A DNA stretch of 63,763 bases, filler included, from Choristocarpus tenellus KU-1152 (taxonomy: Eukaryota > Protista > Phaeophyceae): the NCBI GenBank assembly GCA_964200185.2. It is 10 parts of 10 records of this genome, joined end to end, with 100 filler letters (N's around TTAATTAATTAA, not from the genome) between each part and the next. Parts side by side here need not be neighbours in the genome. Positions count along the whole stretch, not along the records: positions 45,596 to 56,066 come from CAXNAD020002910.1; positions 56,167 to 60,831 come from CAXNAD020013552.1; positions 60,932 to 63,763 come from CAXNAD020024352.1; 7 more parts are not named here. The stretch is one strand, 5' to 3'. A program made the translations under genes and the position numbers. The notes below the pieces were generated by a model. That model saw only the letters and a program-made list of their open reading frames with translations. It made no database searches and was not told the DNA's origin. Numbering within the stretch: the stretch's first letter is position 1; each line of letters opens with the position of its first letter. Of this stretch, positions 51,023 through 63,763 are shown piece after piece.

Positions 51023-54000
51023 ATTATGTGCTGCGCAAACAGTATATTCTAATGCCCTGCAACATATACAATCATAACACAAATGTACGTTCTAGAAAGT
51101 GATATTATTTGGCGTTGATCCTGATGTATATTCATTTCACCCCATGTGCAATATCCCAGTTTGCATTTGCCTGTAGTTTTGTTTGCTCTTCACGGTTTGC
51201 CGACCTAATCCACATTTCTTCTGAATCACATAATGTCCACCCCTTGTGGAATTGAGGTCTGAGGTCAATTTTCCCAAATATTTTTCGGTATGCACTCTCT
51301 AGAGACACATCCCCGTGACTCTATCCATCCTCCTTTGGGGGGGGTTGCAACCTTGCCCTGCCTTCTAGCATAGCCAACCATTATCAGACTATGCAATGGT
51401 AACCCTCACCGCCACGTAAGCCTTCACTCTCATCCGCAATGTTACTGCTACCTTCACATAGGTGGAGAGCGGCCCAGTCGCTCCCTGCCAGAGGAGTCCA
51501 TGTGCCATCCTCCATGTCATACAGGTGTTGTGGTACCAGCTGGGGTGACTGGGGTCAAGCAAAGACCTTCTCCTTCTGAGCAGCGACGTCTTGTGAAGGA
51601 TGCAGAGAGGGCAACTCGTCCAATGAAAGTGGGTGAGACATGGTACATTGTCAGCAACAGGTGAGATTGATAAATTGGAGCTTGCATGTTGAGTGTGCTA
51701 CCCCTTCTACTGTGTTTGTGGCTGAAGTTAGTCACCAACAGGTGCCTGAAGGGTTGGAGTGGGGTTGTGGGTGCTGGTGAAAAATGAAAGGGGATCTGGG
51801 AGGTGGGGAGGACGGTGTTGTGCACTCTGTTCCATGTCTGTGTAAATGTGTGCTTGTGAGTGCATGTGTTGGTGTGTGTGGCTGATCTAAGGGCAGGATG
51901 ATGTAAGGGTATCAAGTAGGTTGTGTTGTTTTCAGAGAGCTATGTCCACCAAATTGTTTTGGCAAATTTAGTTGGATTTTCAATCCATCAGAACCTCTTT
52001 TTTTTTATTGCTGCCAGTTCAACTGTGGGGTATATTGTTTGACTAGGCACATCTTTGGGTCCATTAAGCAGGTGTTCAAGCAGTGTGCTGTTTGCAATAT
52101 CAATCACTTCACCCCATGACATTACCAAAATGATGTTCACAGGAGCACCCAGAAAATCAAAATGATGAATCCATATTTCTGACATTGGTATCTTGTGGAT
52201 TCATGTTGATCTTTTTACTAGTAAGTAGACAGTAGCGTCAAAGAGTGTCTTTGCATCCGCTGACCTATTCAGCGTACATGTGGCAACCGGAAGAACCAAT
52301 GTGATGTATCTGGTAGCCGGCCAAACAAGTGTGCTACTGCTCACAGTAAGTCCCTAACCGTTCCATCTGTTATTTCAACAATTTTAACCGGTCATGTATG
52401 GGTTCACCTAGTCAAATCTGTAGCAGCAATGGAAGTTTGTTGGATGTGGGATCCACGAGTCCTTTTTTCTCATGTACCTTTTGGGCATCTAGGTCTGTAC
52501 CAACTGGGGTTGTAGCAAATGAAATGGCCTGCACTCTTCACAATGTTGCTCTCTGGGAGACTGTCAAGATTTCTCAGATGTTTCAACCCCTCTTTTGCTG
52601 GCTCAGATCCCGTCAGCATTATGATATTTTTCTTCAGTCCAGGGCTGCATATGTAGATTGGATCAAGTGCTCATAGTGCGAAACTAAGAATAGTGCATAT
52701 TCAATATATTTTTCCCACTCAGTTCTGGTTAAGTAGCAAGGAACAGGGGATCATCTCTGGTTGCCAAGAAGTTTGCCTGGTCCCCAATTTAGGACCAAAT
52801 TATCCTCACTTACCAGACAAGTTGGATAAACTATAGGATGATGCTACTGGGGCCCATTGTTTTATATCAACATGGAAGTTCATTTTCTCATGTGCTTTTT
52901 CAAGCTCTACCATCAAGCATTTTTATTGCTCCGAGATTGAAATTTCGAAGGGCAAGAACAGTAGTTCTCAGCGCCTCAATAATATTGGTTCTACACAAAA
53001 CTAATCACTGTTTTAAGTTAGAAGAATGGCCAATTATTTCAACTCGATATTTGTGACCATATATATATATATATACCACTGTTATGAACAATTTCTTCTT
53101 TGTCACTATTCATTGCAACACACATTAACTTGTATCAAAAAATGTACCCAAGCTTAAGAACTATCTTGAGAGAAAAGCATTTTTAATTTTACGATTATTT
53201 TAAACTTTGTAGTAGTATTGGCAAATTAATTGTCTTCTTAATGCTCAATTTATTTTTCATACATACATCTGCGATAACAATGCTAAGGTGGTTTAATATT
53301 TTGTATGACTTGCAGTCTTTTGATCTTTTTTGTTTCTTTCTGCGGTTGATATGGGTATCTTCCCCAGTGCCTATCTATACTTGCAAAATGTTGTTGTGCT
53401 CCATACCAAAATATATTTTGTGTACATAATTAACATCAATATTTCGTTGCTGTTACATTTCCTAAGTTGTGTGGGGGCAGCAAGGGTCAGTCACCTTGAC
53501 AAGGAGAAAGACAAATTTGGTCAAAGCAGTTGCACCTACATATAGCATCACTTTCCAACAGTCTTCATTATTGGTTGAGACTTTTTTATCATGGGACAGT
53601 GTGAAGCATCTCCAGAGTATGATTTTTTCTGATTATTATTCTCAAGAGGTACAGTAATAATTAAGCAACTCTCCATCTCTCCATTGGGCAGGTGGTTCAA
53701 AACGTGGAAGGTACATGTTCAATGGGACAAGTGGGAGTCCTTTCAAGTGAGGAGTATGGGAGATGGTGAGGGAATTGGCAGGGATCCAGGGCCAATTTGC
53801 AACAAGGACCTACTGCATGTGAGAGGATAAAGAGAGGGGATGTGTGTGCTCTCATATCCCTTTATCATCCTCCTTCTGCCATTACCCTAGCCTTGGCTGT
53901 ATCACAATGTTTGGTTCTATTTTTAATCTTTGAGTACTGAGGACTGTGGGATTTCTGCTTGAACATTCCAATGCCTGAAATGCAGTTGTAGAACAGAAGA

Positions 54001-56166
54001 CGAACGGTTCATCCATGTTGGAGAAAATCTCCGTTCAGAGTGCTAAAAGCACATGTACTAGTAGGCAGTCACAGGGGCCCAATTACTCGAGACCATCGCC
54101 CTCTAATATAGGATGGCTCTGCGCCTCATCTTGCTCCTGTAAGTGGGTAAACATCTTGTTTCTTTCCTTTGTGCTAGTTCCATTCCCCACATAAGCAATC
54201 TATTGTAGCCCTTTATGGCACATCAGTCATGCCCTGCACAGGTTGTAGCACATTTCCTATTGACTTCCACTGAAAATACTTCCCTAGGGTCTCTCCCATA
54301 TCTAACCCTCTCCTTGATGTATGTACCCCAGCCTGAAAAATGTTGTAGCAATTTTGGTTGTCCTGAAAGTGTTCTCCTGCTCTGCTTTTTATACTTGAGA
54401 CGGGTAGAAACATGTCATCAGTATTCTCGTCCCCACTCCTCCTCTCCCCTCTTGCCCCACTCTGTCAATGCCTGTCACCAATTTTTTCACATTTTGGGTT
54501 CCTTGTTATGGGTCTATACATTGTTAGGTATCCAGGAAGGATCACTTGAAGACATACATTTTTGAGGGCATCGATATGGAATTCGTCCCCGTGGGAGTGT
54601 TTGATCTGTTGCATGGGTGAGCTATTGTGTTTGAAGAGATAGAGGCAGAGGTATATTTGGTACAAGGAACTGCTGATGGGTATTTTTTTGTGTCGCTTCT
54701 ATGAAGTCTGTTCTTACAGGGTTATTTTTTTAATATGTAGAAATGCAGCTGATATTTCAGGTGAAAACAAACATTCCACCATTTGCAGAGAGGCTAGATG
54801 GTCTCTTTTTTTCTTTTCTTCAACAAACAGTTTGCTGAGTTTGATGTGCGAATATTTTTGAACACAGGGAAATTCTCAATCAGTTTGTCAAATATTCTTG
54901 ATAATAATGCAAAAATCATTCAACTTGACACCCAAGTCAGAGGTGCCCCTTGCACGAGAATCTACCTTTGAAGATAACAGCATGTTAACTATATGTTTTC
55001 TTTCAAACACGTAATTCCTGATGCCACTCTGCGTTGTGCATTTTCCTAGTAAGTTTTTGGCCAGTACAGCTTTGTTTTTCTATTTCAGGCGAGGTTGTGA
55101 GTTTTGCTCTACTTTGATCTACTCTACTTTTTTTGCTCATGGAAGACATAAGCTGCTCTCCACAGTGAGGAAGATACATAGTTCATGTGTGACAGTGCTG
55201 TAACACAAGCCAGCTAGAAAACCATTATTTTGTGCTCAGACGCAGAAACCTTCCCACCTACCTGGCCACCGCACATACACTTTGACACATGCACATAGAG
55301 AAACTATCTCTTCCTTACCCTCTCTTTTTTCTGTCCCATACAAACACAAACATTAGACACAGTAAATGCTCATTATCAATGACTGCCTGATGTATATTCA
55401 CATATTTTTACCTTACTAGTTTCTTGATTAAGACCTTATTCATTCTTCCATTTTTTTCTTGTTGTTTGTGACACAGGTGGTATGGAGGAGATATCATGGA
55501 AAGGCAGGTTGTAGGTAACATGGGCATAATTACGGTGTGTATGATTGCCTTGTCCCCTTCCCTACATCCCTACCTTCCAAAACGACCTTTCGTTGATACT
55601 ATCAGTGCTACATCTGCGTTGTCTTGCATTAACCAGTCGTCTATGTATGGCAGAAACAACGTGAAATATGTGTTGTGGACAAAGTGGTTATGCAATCACA
55701 CCACAATGTTTTCTAGGTTGCACATCCAAGTTGTAGATTTCAAGACTTCTGTACTCTGAATATAACCTTTGTGCTGCATCAGTTCCGGCTGTAATGGGAT
55801 GGTAGAGGAGTGTGTGTTGGGGATGAGTCACTATGTTGCGTGTTTGGTCTGTTGTTGCATTGCTGGGGACTGCTACATGAGATTTTTTCGCAGCTTGCCA
55901 TCAAGAATGTGGTGCGCTCATTCTATAACTGAAATTCTGACTATCCAGGACAATATAGTTGGAGCCCTTTGGTTTGTTGATTGTCATCCTTCTCTTTTCT
56001 TCCTAGCTAGATCTCTCTTTCCTTAAGACCCAAAGTATCTGGGAGGGGGGGGGGGGTCTAGACCAGNNNNNNNNNNNNNNNNNNNNNNNNNNNNNNNNNN
56101 NNNNNNNNNNTTAATTAATTAANNNNNNNNNNNNNNNNNNNNNNNNNNNNNNNNNNNNNNNNNNNN

Positions 56167-56588
56167 GGGCCAAACTCGTACCCTCTAAGATACTTTCACT
56201 CAGAATGTATTATTGAGGGTACGAGTTTGGCCCTGTTTGTCCATTTGGGGCTTGACTTCCCATGGGTTTTTTATGACATTTTCCTCCCTCCAAAATGCTT
56301 AGGAGTAGGTAAAATGTATACATTATGAAAAGATTTATCCAAAATGTAGATACTGACACTTCCTAACAAACCCGATCGTCAAAATTACATCAAAATCGCA
56401 ACATTGGATTTTGACCCCCAAATGGATGCGGCTCTACCCTCTAAGATACTTTGGCTCAACGTGGAGATGAAAATGTGGCATGTCAGCGAGAGGTTGCGAT
56501 ACTGTTCTTCATGGAACGCAGACTAGAAAAGATCAANNNNNNNNNNCCCCAAATGGATGCGGCTCTACCCTCTAAGATACTTTGGCTC
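56167..56588. mobile_element. Cluster of MITE family A copies and fragments around assembly gaps
   Basis: Three TACCCTCTAAGATACTTT ends and one near-complete copy (56215-56457). Confidence 0.8.
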
Positions 56589-57022
56589 TATATTTCGAAG
56601 GTATGGCTATGTTTCTTAGGTAGTGTTTTGATATTGTCTTGATATATCTGAATGGAGAAGATACAAGAAGGACACTATGTCAGTGTGAAATTGTAAGGAA
56701 GAATGCATCACATAAAAAAAAATCGTAAGGTACATTCTTGCACCACGTACCAGGTATAACAAAACAATACACTTGTTATACTCTATCTTGTTCTAAGTCA
56801 CAAGAGTCAACATGTTGCCATTGGGGTCTCTGTACATGGTCCCTAACGGTTTCACTACTCTACACTTCCAACACTTCATTTCTTCTACACAAATCGATGA
56901 CATCCCCCTGACTGTCTTTGTAGTGTCCTGCTACAGCCTACAGTCCCTGACTTGTATCCTTTTAATGTACCACCTCCCTTGCCATATTGTTTAAGTCATT
57001 CGGAAGTACAATAGAAACTCAC

Positions 57023-58176
57023 TTGAGAGCTTAGGGATGAGATCTCTTCTTGAGTGGAACGGGCACTGCTTTTTGCCTTTGCGTCTGCTTCTGATAGGCC
57101 CTTCTGCAGGTCAGCAACTAGCATGTCTCCTCGCTCATTGGCTGATGCAGAAGCTTCTTCAAGGCGATGAGAAAGTTCTTTGACTACCTACATAAATACG
57201 TGGGTAGTTTTGTGGTCGAGAATAGATGAGTACGAGGAATCCTTCAAATGAAATGGAGAGCTAACACCTGGAAATCAAAGAGGGGGCAATGACCAATGAT
57301 TTTCGAGGTTTACAAAAAAAACTACATCAATGAGAACAACTCAAAGGAAGGATGTGAAATTATTTTTGGAGAATAATAGTCCATATGGCTGAGCTCCTAT
57401 TGCAAACAAGAAGCAAGATGGGATTATTACATGATAGAGGTTTGCAACTGGGATGAACACCAGGTCAAGAGTGGGATATCAAATAGGAGGACAAGAGGAT
57501 GGATACCGAGATGAAAATCACAATACCCAATCTAAAACATGAAGTTAGTGGTTGTGAACCTCGTGCACCAATTATGCCAGCATTGCACCCTTGTTGGGGT
57601 TGAGCCTGTCTTGGAGTTGGCAATTCTACCACACCACTAAGTCAGAACAGCAAGTCACTTGCAAAAAGGCCATGCTTCAACAAGTTTTTCTAATGCAAAA
57701 TCTTATCTCACATATGAAGATGAAATTATTGTAAGGACTCTTGGGGAGGGGTTTATATATTGGAGGAATCCATCGATGAATATCAGCCAGTCACATTCAA
57801 CACACAATTCCGTTTAGCCATGCAGGAAATTCCTGATACTATGCCCGAGCTTCTATCGGGAAGAAGGGACACACTTTCCAGTAGCTTTTTTCAGGGTAGG
57901 ACTGCAATCATTCTACTCTGGAGTACTCAATATCGGTTGAGTTGGGTGAACCATGAGGACATTGGGATTGGAGGGAGGATGAGAGAAAATATCAGTCACA
58001 CAGGCCGTATGCTTTGGCGAGTGGAAGACTTCAAAGAGTAGGGAGACATACCTTTGAGGGTGTACAATTGAATTGATCCACAACAACTGCACCCATTGCC
58101 ATTAATCTCAAGGGTAAGATTGGGTGATAACTGATTCTAAGGTTGAAATTGCTCTAACCTATGTCATCACTTCACA

Positions 58177-58224
<48 letters not shown>

Positions 58225-60439
58225 GTTGTGTCAGTTCATTTTTGGGGTTTTTGGAGTAGGCAGGACTGAATGGAAGAAACAATATTCCCAAAATGAAGCT
58301 ACCGCGCAACAAGGACCCACCTCTCTTGTATCCATCTTGACTTGGTCACTGGCCTGCATACATCTGTTCTCCACTGCTGTCAGCCTCTCCGATAGAATAA
58401 TACCCAACTCTCTCCCCTCCCCTGCCTATCAAGTCTCAATGATGAGATAATAAATGCGAAATATGGGAAAAAGAAAAACTAGGGAGGATAAGGAGGGAAG
58501 GTTGCTCTGTACTTTGTCATCATGCCTTGGATCAAGTCGCCAGATATCATTTTCTAAAAAAGAACTGATTGCAGATGGCACCAACATGTAGCATATGACA
58601 TTTGACCTCAACAGGTTATCCATCAAATAGAGAGTTGATACAAAACGGGACTGGTGGTACATTTCAAGGGGGCGGGCCTATTATACCTCAAGGGATGAGT
58701 AACTGAAGGTAAGTAATCAGTCATAGTCACAAATCTCTGACATTTGATTGGGGCAGTGGATCAAAGACTTGATTCCAAGTTTGTTTGTCTTATATCGGCT
58801 CACTAGGGGCAAGTGATAATACTTTGCAGTATACTTCTCGTTTCAATATCCAAATTATCCCATGCTAGAGTAAAAGTGGAACCATGAACACTAATTAACG
58901 GTCCACCTTATCCCTACGTAGACAAAAAAAAGCCATTCAATCTCTTTCCAAGCATCCCTCATTATAAATATTATAACAGAAGAAAAAAGGCTGACATTTG
59001 GCTATTGATTTCGAGGACTCAAGTTTCCCTCAGTAATAGGTGCATGATGTGCCTTGTAGTTTTATCCTCTTGTACACATTTTATAATCTATAATTTTCAT
59101 ATGTGTCGCAACAAGATTGTACCAACTTCTTCAACCGTTTATGTTGCAGCTGTTACTATGACCTCAAGATTCAGATCGTTCACAATTTTGACTATTTTGA
59201 CTCACTATGGACAAGACTTGTTGCATGGAGCTGTGTTGCTCTTGGTGTGTGGATATGCATATTTATTTACATTGGTATGGGGGTGTTTCATACTTCAGTG
59301 TTGTAAAGGCACTAGGTGTTATTTTGGGGTGACAATGGTTGTGTTTATATCAAGTAAGAGGCTTGCACCTTTGCCCTTTTGTACCTAAAAGAGGTATCTG
59401 GGACACCGTTTCAATCATAAAACACTACTTTGTATAATACAGAATGGAAGACCCTCGTCTGCATACTTGATTACGGCAGTTCCTCTGCTCCATCTAAAAT
59501 AAGCTGATCAACTCAAGTAGATTTGGAACCCTTTGTGGTCGTGCTTGACTTCAGATTTGAGAACTGCAGCTGACTACAAAGTGCTTTTGAGTAAACACAA
59601 TACAATCTCTAGGTTCCATAAAAAATTATACTCGATATTTGCTGTAATCAACTAGACCATGTATTTGAGTAAGGTCGATGCACTTGTGCTCAACAGTTGT
59701 ATTCCTTGCAAAACAAAAGAAATTGCTACAACTTCAGCTATAATATAATATATTTCTTCACATCTGCAGATCAGGAGTTACGTAAGCAGAGGGCCAAACC
59801 AATTGAAAGGTAGGCAGGTTTGGACCCTTTTTTCATTTTGAGACATCTTTGTTACCCTATGAAACACACTCTATATTTCATTGCTGGGGCATAATATTGT
59901 ACGCAAAATTGATATTTCCCCTTTCCACACATAAAATGACACCACAATTCAGCTAAGGCTCTTTCTGTAACAGTACCAAATTGCCTTTTCTCGTCCTTTC
60001 TCAGGATCCTTAATATGCAACCCTGCCTACCTCTCAGTTGGTTTGACTCAGATATCGGGGGAGGGTTTCCACTTCCCCGTTGCCACGCGTACCTCCCGGC
60101 AAAGAGCATCCTCACGCATGCTCAGACGGTCCAAGGTAACCTCCAGTGCCCTCATGGCATTATCCCTCCTCTTTTCCTTGACCTCCAACTTCACCAATGC
60201 AGTAATATTGGGAGTCGCAGAAACAGGGAAGAAACAAGAAGTAGTTTTAAAGAGACAACTCATTTTGCATACCCAAGATCCATATCCATGGATTCACTCA
60301 TCCACCCTCTCCAAAGACCCATGAGCTCACCTGTCGCAATTGTTCTACATCGCCAGCCCTCTCTATTTGAGCACCATTGAAGAATCCAGTCAGTCTCTGC
60401 ATCTCTTGGCCCATGCTTTCCATTGCAGCTTTGGCTGAT
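57023..60439 (-). CDS. Coiled-coil protein of unknown function, partial; exons 60439-60331, 60188-60093, (possible 27-nt exon ~59493-59467), 58425-58321, 57187-57023
   Basis: Strong donors (GTGAGC, GTACGC, GTGGGT, GTGAGT) and phase-0 joins; heptad-like E/K/R/L-rich peptides such as VVKELSHRLEEASAS and MRALEVTLDRLSMREDAL. Confidence 0.65.
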
Positions 60440-62798
60440 CTATCAAAGCCCCTCCCCATCCCAATGCCAAGTAGGAGACAGCGTTAGCCTTGAAGATAAC
60501 TAAAGTGAATTCATCAATTGAGATCTGCATGATTCTGCATGTATGCTTGGCACTATATTGCATAGTCCTAAGTGTGATGTATTGCCATGCATGGTCAGCA
60601 TGCCGGTGGAGCACAATATGATTCAAAGATTGCAGTGGCCTCATATGTGTGAAGAGATATGCTTCTTAAGAAGTATCACCCTCGTCTGGTCTATCCTCTC
60701 ACTCTATCCTCTCATTCTATCCCCTACTGACTCTCAAAGTATCTGGGGGGGGGGGGGGCAGCTGTCCATTTGGGGCCCATTTTTCCATGTCGCAATTTTG
60801 GGCTATTTGGTTGCATGAGTTGGATGAATAANNNNNNNNNNNNNNNNNNNNNNNNNNNNNNNNNNNNNNNNNNNNTTAATTAATTAANNNNNNNNNNNNN
60901 NNNNNNNNNNNNNNNNNNNNNNNNNNNNNNNGTCCACTGGGGGGGGGGGGGGGTGCCCGTAGGAAAGCTAGACTCACTCGTGGTCATCAACCTTGGCCTC
61001 TATTATCTCAAACTTTTTGGGTGGATGATGTTTCAAAGAACAGTCCTGTACCGTTCCTTATTCCAATACCCTTGCCTCAATTCCTGTAGTTACTGCTGTG
61101 TACTACTTGTTATTCACACACACACACACACACACACACACCAACTTGGTCTACACATGCATACACATGTCCTTGGCTTCCTTGTGGCTAAGTCAACTGT
61201 AGAAAGTGTCAACTGTAAAAAGTGTCAACTGAAAAATACTCCGAGAAATGTTATCGGGTATTGTGTTAACCTGGCACCATTTCTCAACAGCTAGGGTTGG
61301 GGCATGTTTATATTGTCTGCTTCGAAGTATTTGGTAGACCCTGTGTGTGTCTAGGGTTGGCTGAGTGACCCAAGGCATTATAGAGAGTAGGGCTGTGTCC
61401 ATGTTTGGGGTCATAAATACAATGTTGCGATATTTGATGTGATTTTGGCTATCGTGTTTGTTAGCAGGTGTCAATGTCCTTGCTCTGGACACATCTTTCA
61501 TAGTCGTGTGCATTTTTCCTGCTCCAAAACATCTCGGAGTATGTATACATTTTAGGGTTAGGGTTAGGGTTAGTGTTCACACAAAAAAACGAAAAAGAGC
61601 ATTAAAAACTTGTGTGAAGTCAAGTCTTGAATGGACAAACAGGGCCAAACTCCTACCCTCTTAAATGTTTTGGTAAGAGTAGAAGTGGGTACAAAAAGGT
61701 TTAGAAGGCTGTAGCAAAGGTAACTTGGGGGAGGTGAAGAGATCAAGGTTGTAGTATGTTTTGGGTGATTATGTGTTTTGTTGTTTTTGTTGTAAAGACA
61801 TATAATTAACATAAACTAACATATACATACAATTAATATATACATACAGTTAACAATTAGGTACGTAATGGTCTGTGGCATTTGGTAATTTGTGTCCTCA
61901 GGGTTTTGTATGACCCAGTCATGGTTAGTGGGAAGGAAGGCATTATGAGGGGATGGAGAAGGGATATGCTAGTGGAGAGGTTATTTGAGGGGAAAGGAGG
62001 GGGGGATGGAGTGTTCATGATTGGTTGATTACTTTAAACTTCAAATGTTGTTTATTGTATTGAGGCCAGTGTTTATATTTCAGTAATGACACGAAGATAT
62101 GAGAGAGATTTGGGATTCTTTTTTTGGGGGGGGGACAATGACAATTATAACAATGATGATGATGATGACAGTAATTACAATGACAGTAGTAACAATGACA
62201 GTGGTAGTAACATAACAATGAGACAAGAAAAACTAACAGGTTTGGGTTGAATGAAACAACTCTTGAGTTCAAAGTTTCAAAAATAAATGACGGGCGTATA
62301 TTCATTCATTTTTTTTTATTCATTGATCTCGACTTTGAAAGGTTGGGTATTATGGTTACTAGTGAACACAGGACAGTGTTAGGGGTGGTGAGTCATTGTT
62401 TTTGTTCATCTTACCAAATATCATTAGGTGATTTTCTGCAGTCAGGCGAATTCGTTGGGAGTGAAGATCACCTCGGCGATTGTTGGATCCTTAAAAGCGA
62501 ACCGTATATTGCTTGACTCTCTTGTTGGACAGTGTGTTGTTTTAATGTGGTGACATGTTACTTGAAGACCATGATGTGTACCAAACTGTGTAGACTCAGT
62601 AAGTTCTGGGTGCCTTCCTCCACTCCCCACCTACATTACATTGCAAACCTCTTTTTCAAGTCAGAATATATATATATATATATTTTATACTTTCCATTCC
62701 GAGTACTACTAATACTCTCAAAAGATTACATGCACTTACTGAGTTACAGTTGTCGTAACCGGATTCTCACACTTATTCTCAAGTTTAATGTGCACAAA

Positions 62799-63020
62799 GA
62801 CCCAAAGTATCTGGGGGGGGGGGGGTCTTCGCCAAAGTGTCCATTTGGACCAACATCAGGAAAAGTGCACTTTCATTATCCATCCATATGGAACCAAATC
62901 ACACAAAAAATCGCGGCATGAAAAATTTAGCTCCAAATGGGCAGCCACCTTCCCCCCAGGTACTCTGAGCCAGGGTCAAGAACGGATGCTGGCACCCCCC
63001 CCCCCAGATACTTTGACCCC
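62799..63020. mobile_element. MITE family B copy plus an extra TIR
   Basis: GACCCAAAGTATCTGGGG…TACTCTGAGCC, then a second CCCCAGATACTTTGACCC. Confidence 0.8.
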
Positions 63021-63763
63021 AAAGCGGTGAAGAATGGAAAGAAGGAAGCCAGTTCCAATCCATTGTTTGCAATGATTGTAAGAATCGTTTTTTTTCTTGT
63101 GTCTTTTTTTTTCTTATCAGGTGGTGCAGCGTCACACATTTGCTAACTTGTTCCACGACTCTGAGGACTTCGTAAATGCCTTCCTGGCACTTGCAATACT
63201 GCGCTGGTCCACGGGGGAGACACAAGTTTTCCTATCCGACCTGTACCCCAAGGGACCCTTCTGGTGAGAAGGTCATAGATCTGTATTGGCATCAATCGAT
63301 TCATTATCCCCAACACACAGACAGTGACAGTTAAGATGCTGGAGTGGGGTGAAAGTTGAGTGTGGAAAGCATGCTGCATTGGAAATGTGTCCAATTAATA
63401 GTGTCTAGTAGGATGGTCACAGAGTAGTGAAAAGGTTTTGGTGATACCATGTAAGAAGGGGATATCATGGAGTTTGAAGGATCCCTATGACTGCCTTGAG
63501 GTATACATGTTTTGAACACTGTGAGGGGATCTTTCGACTAAGGGAGTGTTCACAGTAGTTACTCTCTTACACAGTTGTTACTCTCTTACACAGCCTCGCC
63601 CTTCAAAGGGTGGACACTGTACTTCAGGCATGGACATAGGGTATACTGGACAAGGCTCAATAGAGCCTTGAGATTCAGAAGGGTTGTAATTAACACTCTA
63701 CTTGGATGGTTTCATGGTTTCATGCTTACATGTTTTGGGTTTAGACCCAAAGTATCCAGGGGG

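Noticed and set aside
14169-60931. Regularly recurring palindrome TTAATTAATTAA, and apparent gene neighbourhoods across it
   Set aside because: Artificial six-frame-stop linker within N runs; contigs on either side need not be adjacent in the genome.

Overview
Eukaryotic nuclear DNA from an ochrophyte alga, most likely a brown alga. Evidence: a plastid-targeted FNR with a bipartite ASAF leader, intron-rich genes, TTAGGG-type motifs and a flagellar dynein subunit. The window is about ten contigs joined by artificial N-TTAATTAATTAA-N linkers, so adjacency across linkers is not biological. Genes reconstructed by hand from GT-AG boundaries and phase: (1) a GT14 xylosyltransferase/core-2 branching-type gene with a long, phase-consistent upstream exon chain (minus, 1.6-13.9 kb); (2) a 4-exon fragment encoding an ANF_receptor/Venus-flytrap ligand-binding domain, split across several ORF-track entries (plus, 23.3-27.0 kb); (3) complete petH, head-to-head with (4) a complete B3GNTL1/QTGAL-like GT2 gene; (5) a WDR78/DNAI4-like dynein intermediate chain fragment; (6) a coiled-coil gene fragment. 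Most other DNA is transposon debris: Copia and Gypsy remnants with readable PBS/LTR/TSD, a solo LTR, two related MITE families, a long-TIR element and a decayed P-like transposase. The most unusual items are a circularly permuted bacterial IS5/IS903-type transposase fragment with a 59-bp terminal redundancy inside an algal contig, the Venus-flytrap receptor, and the algal QTGAL orthologue. All family assignments come from motif recognition, not database searches.
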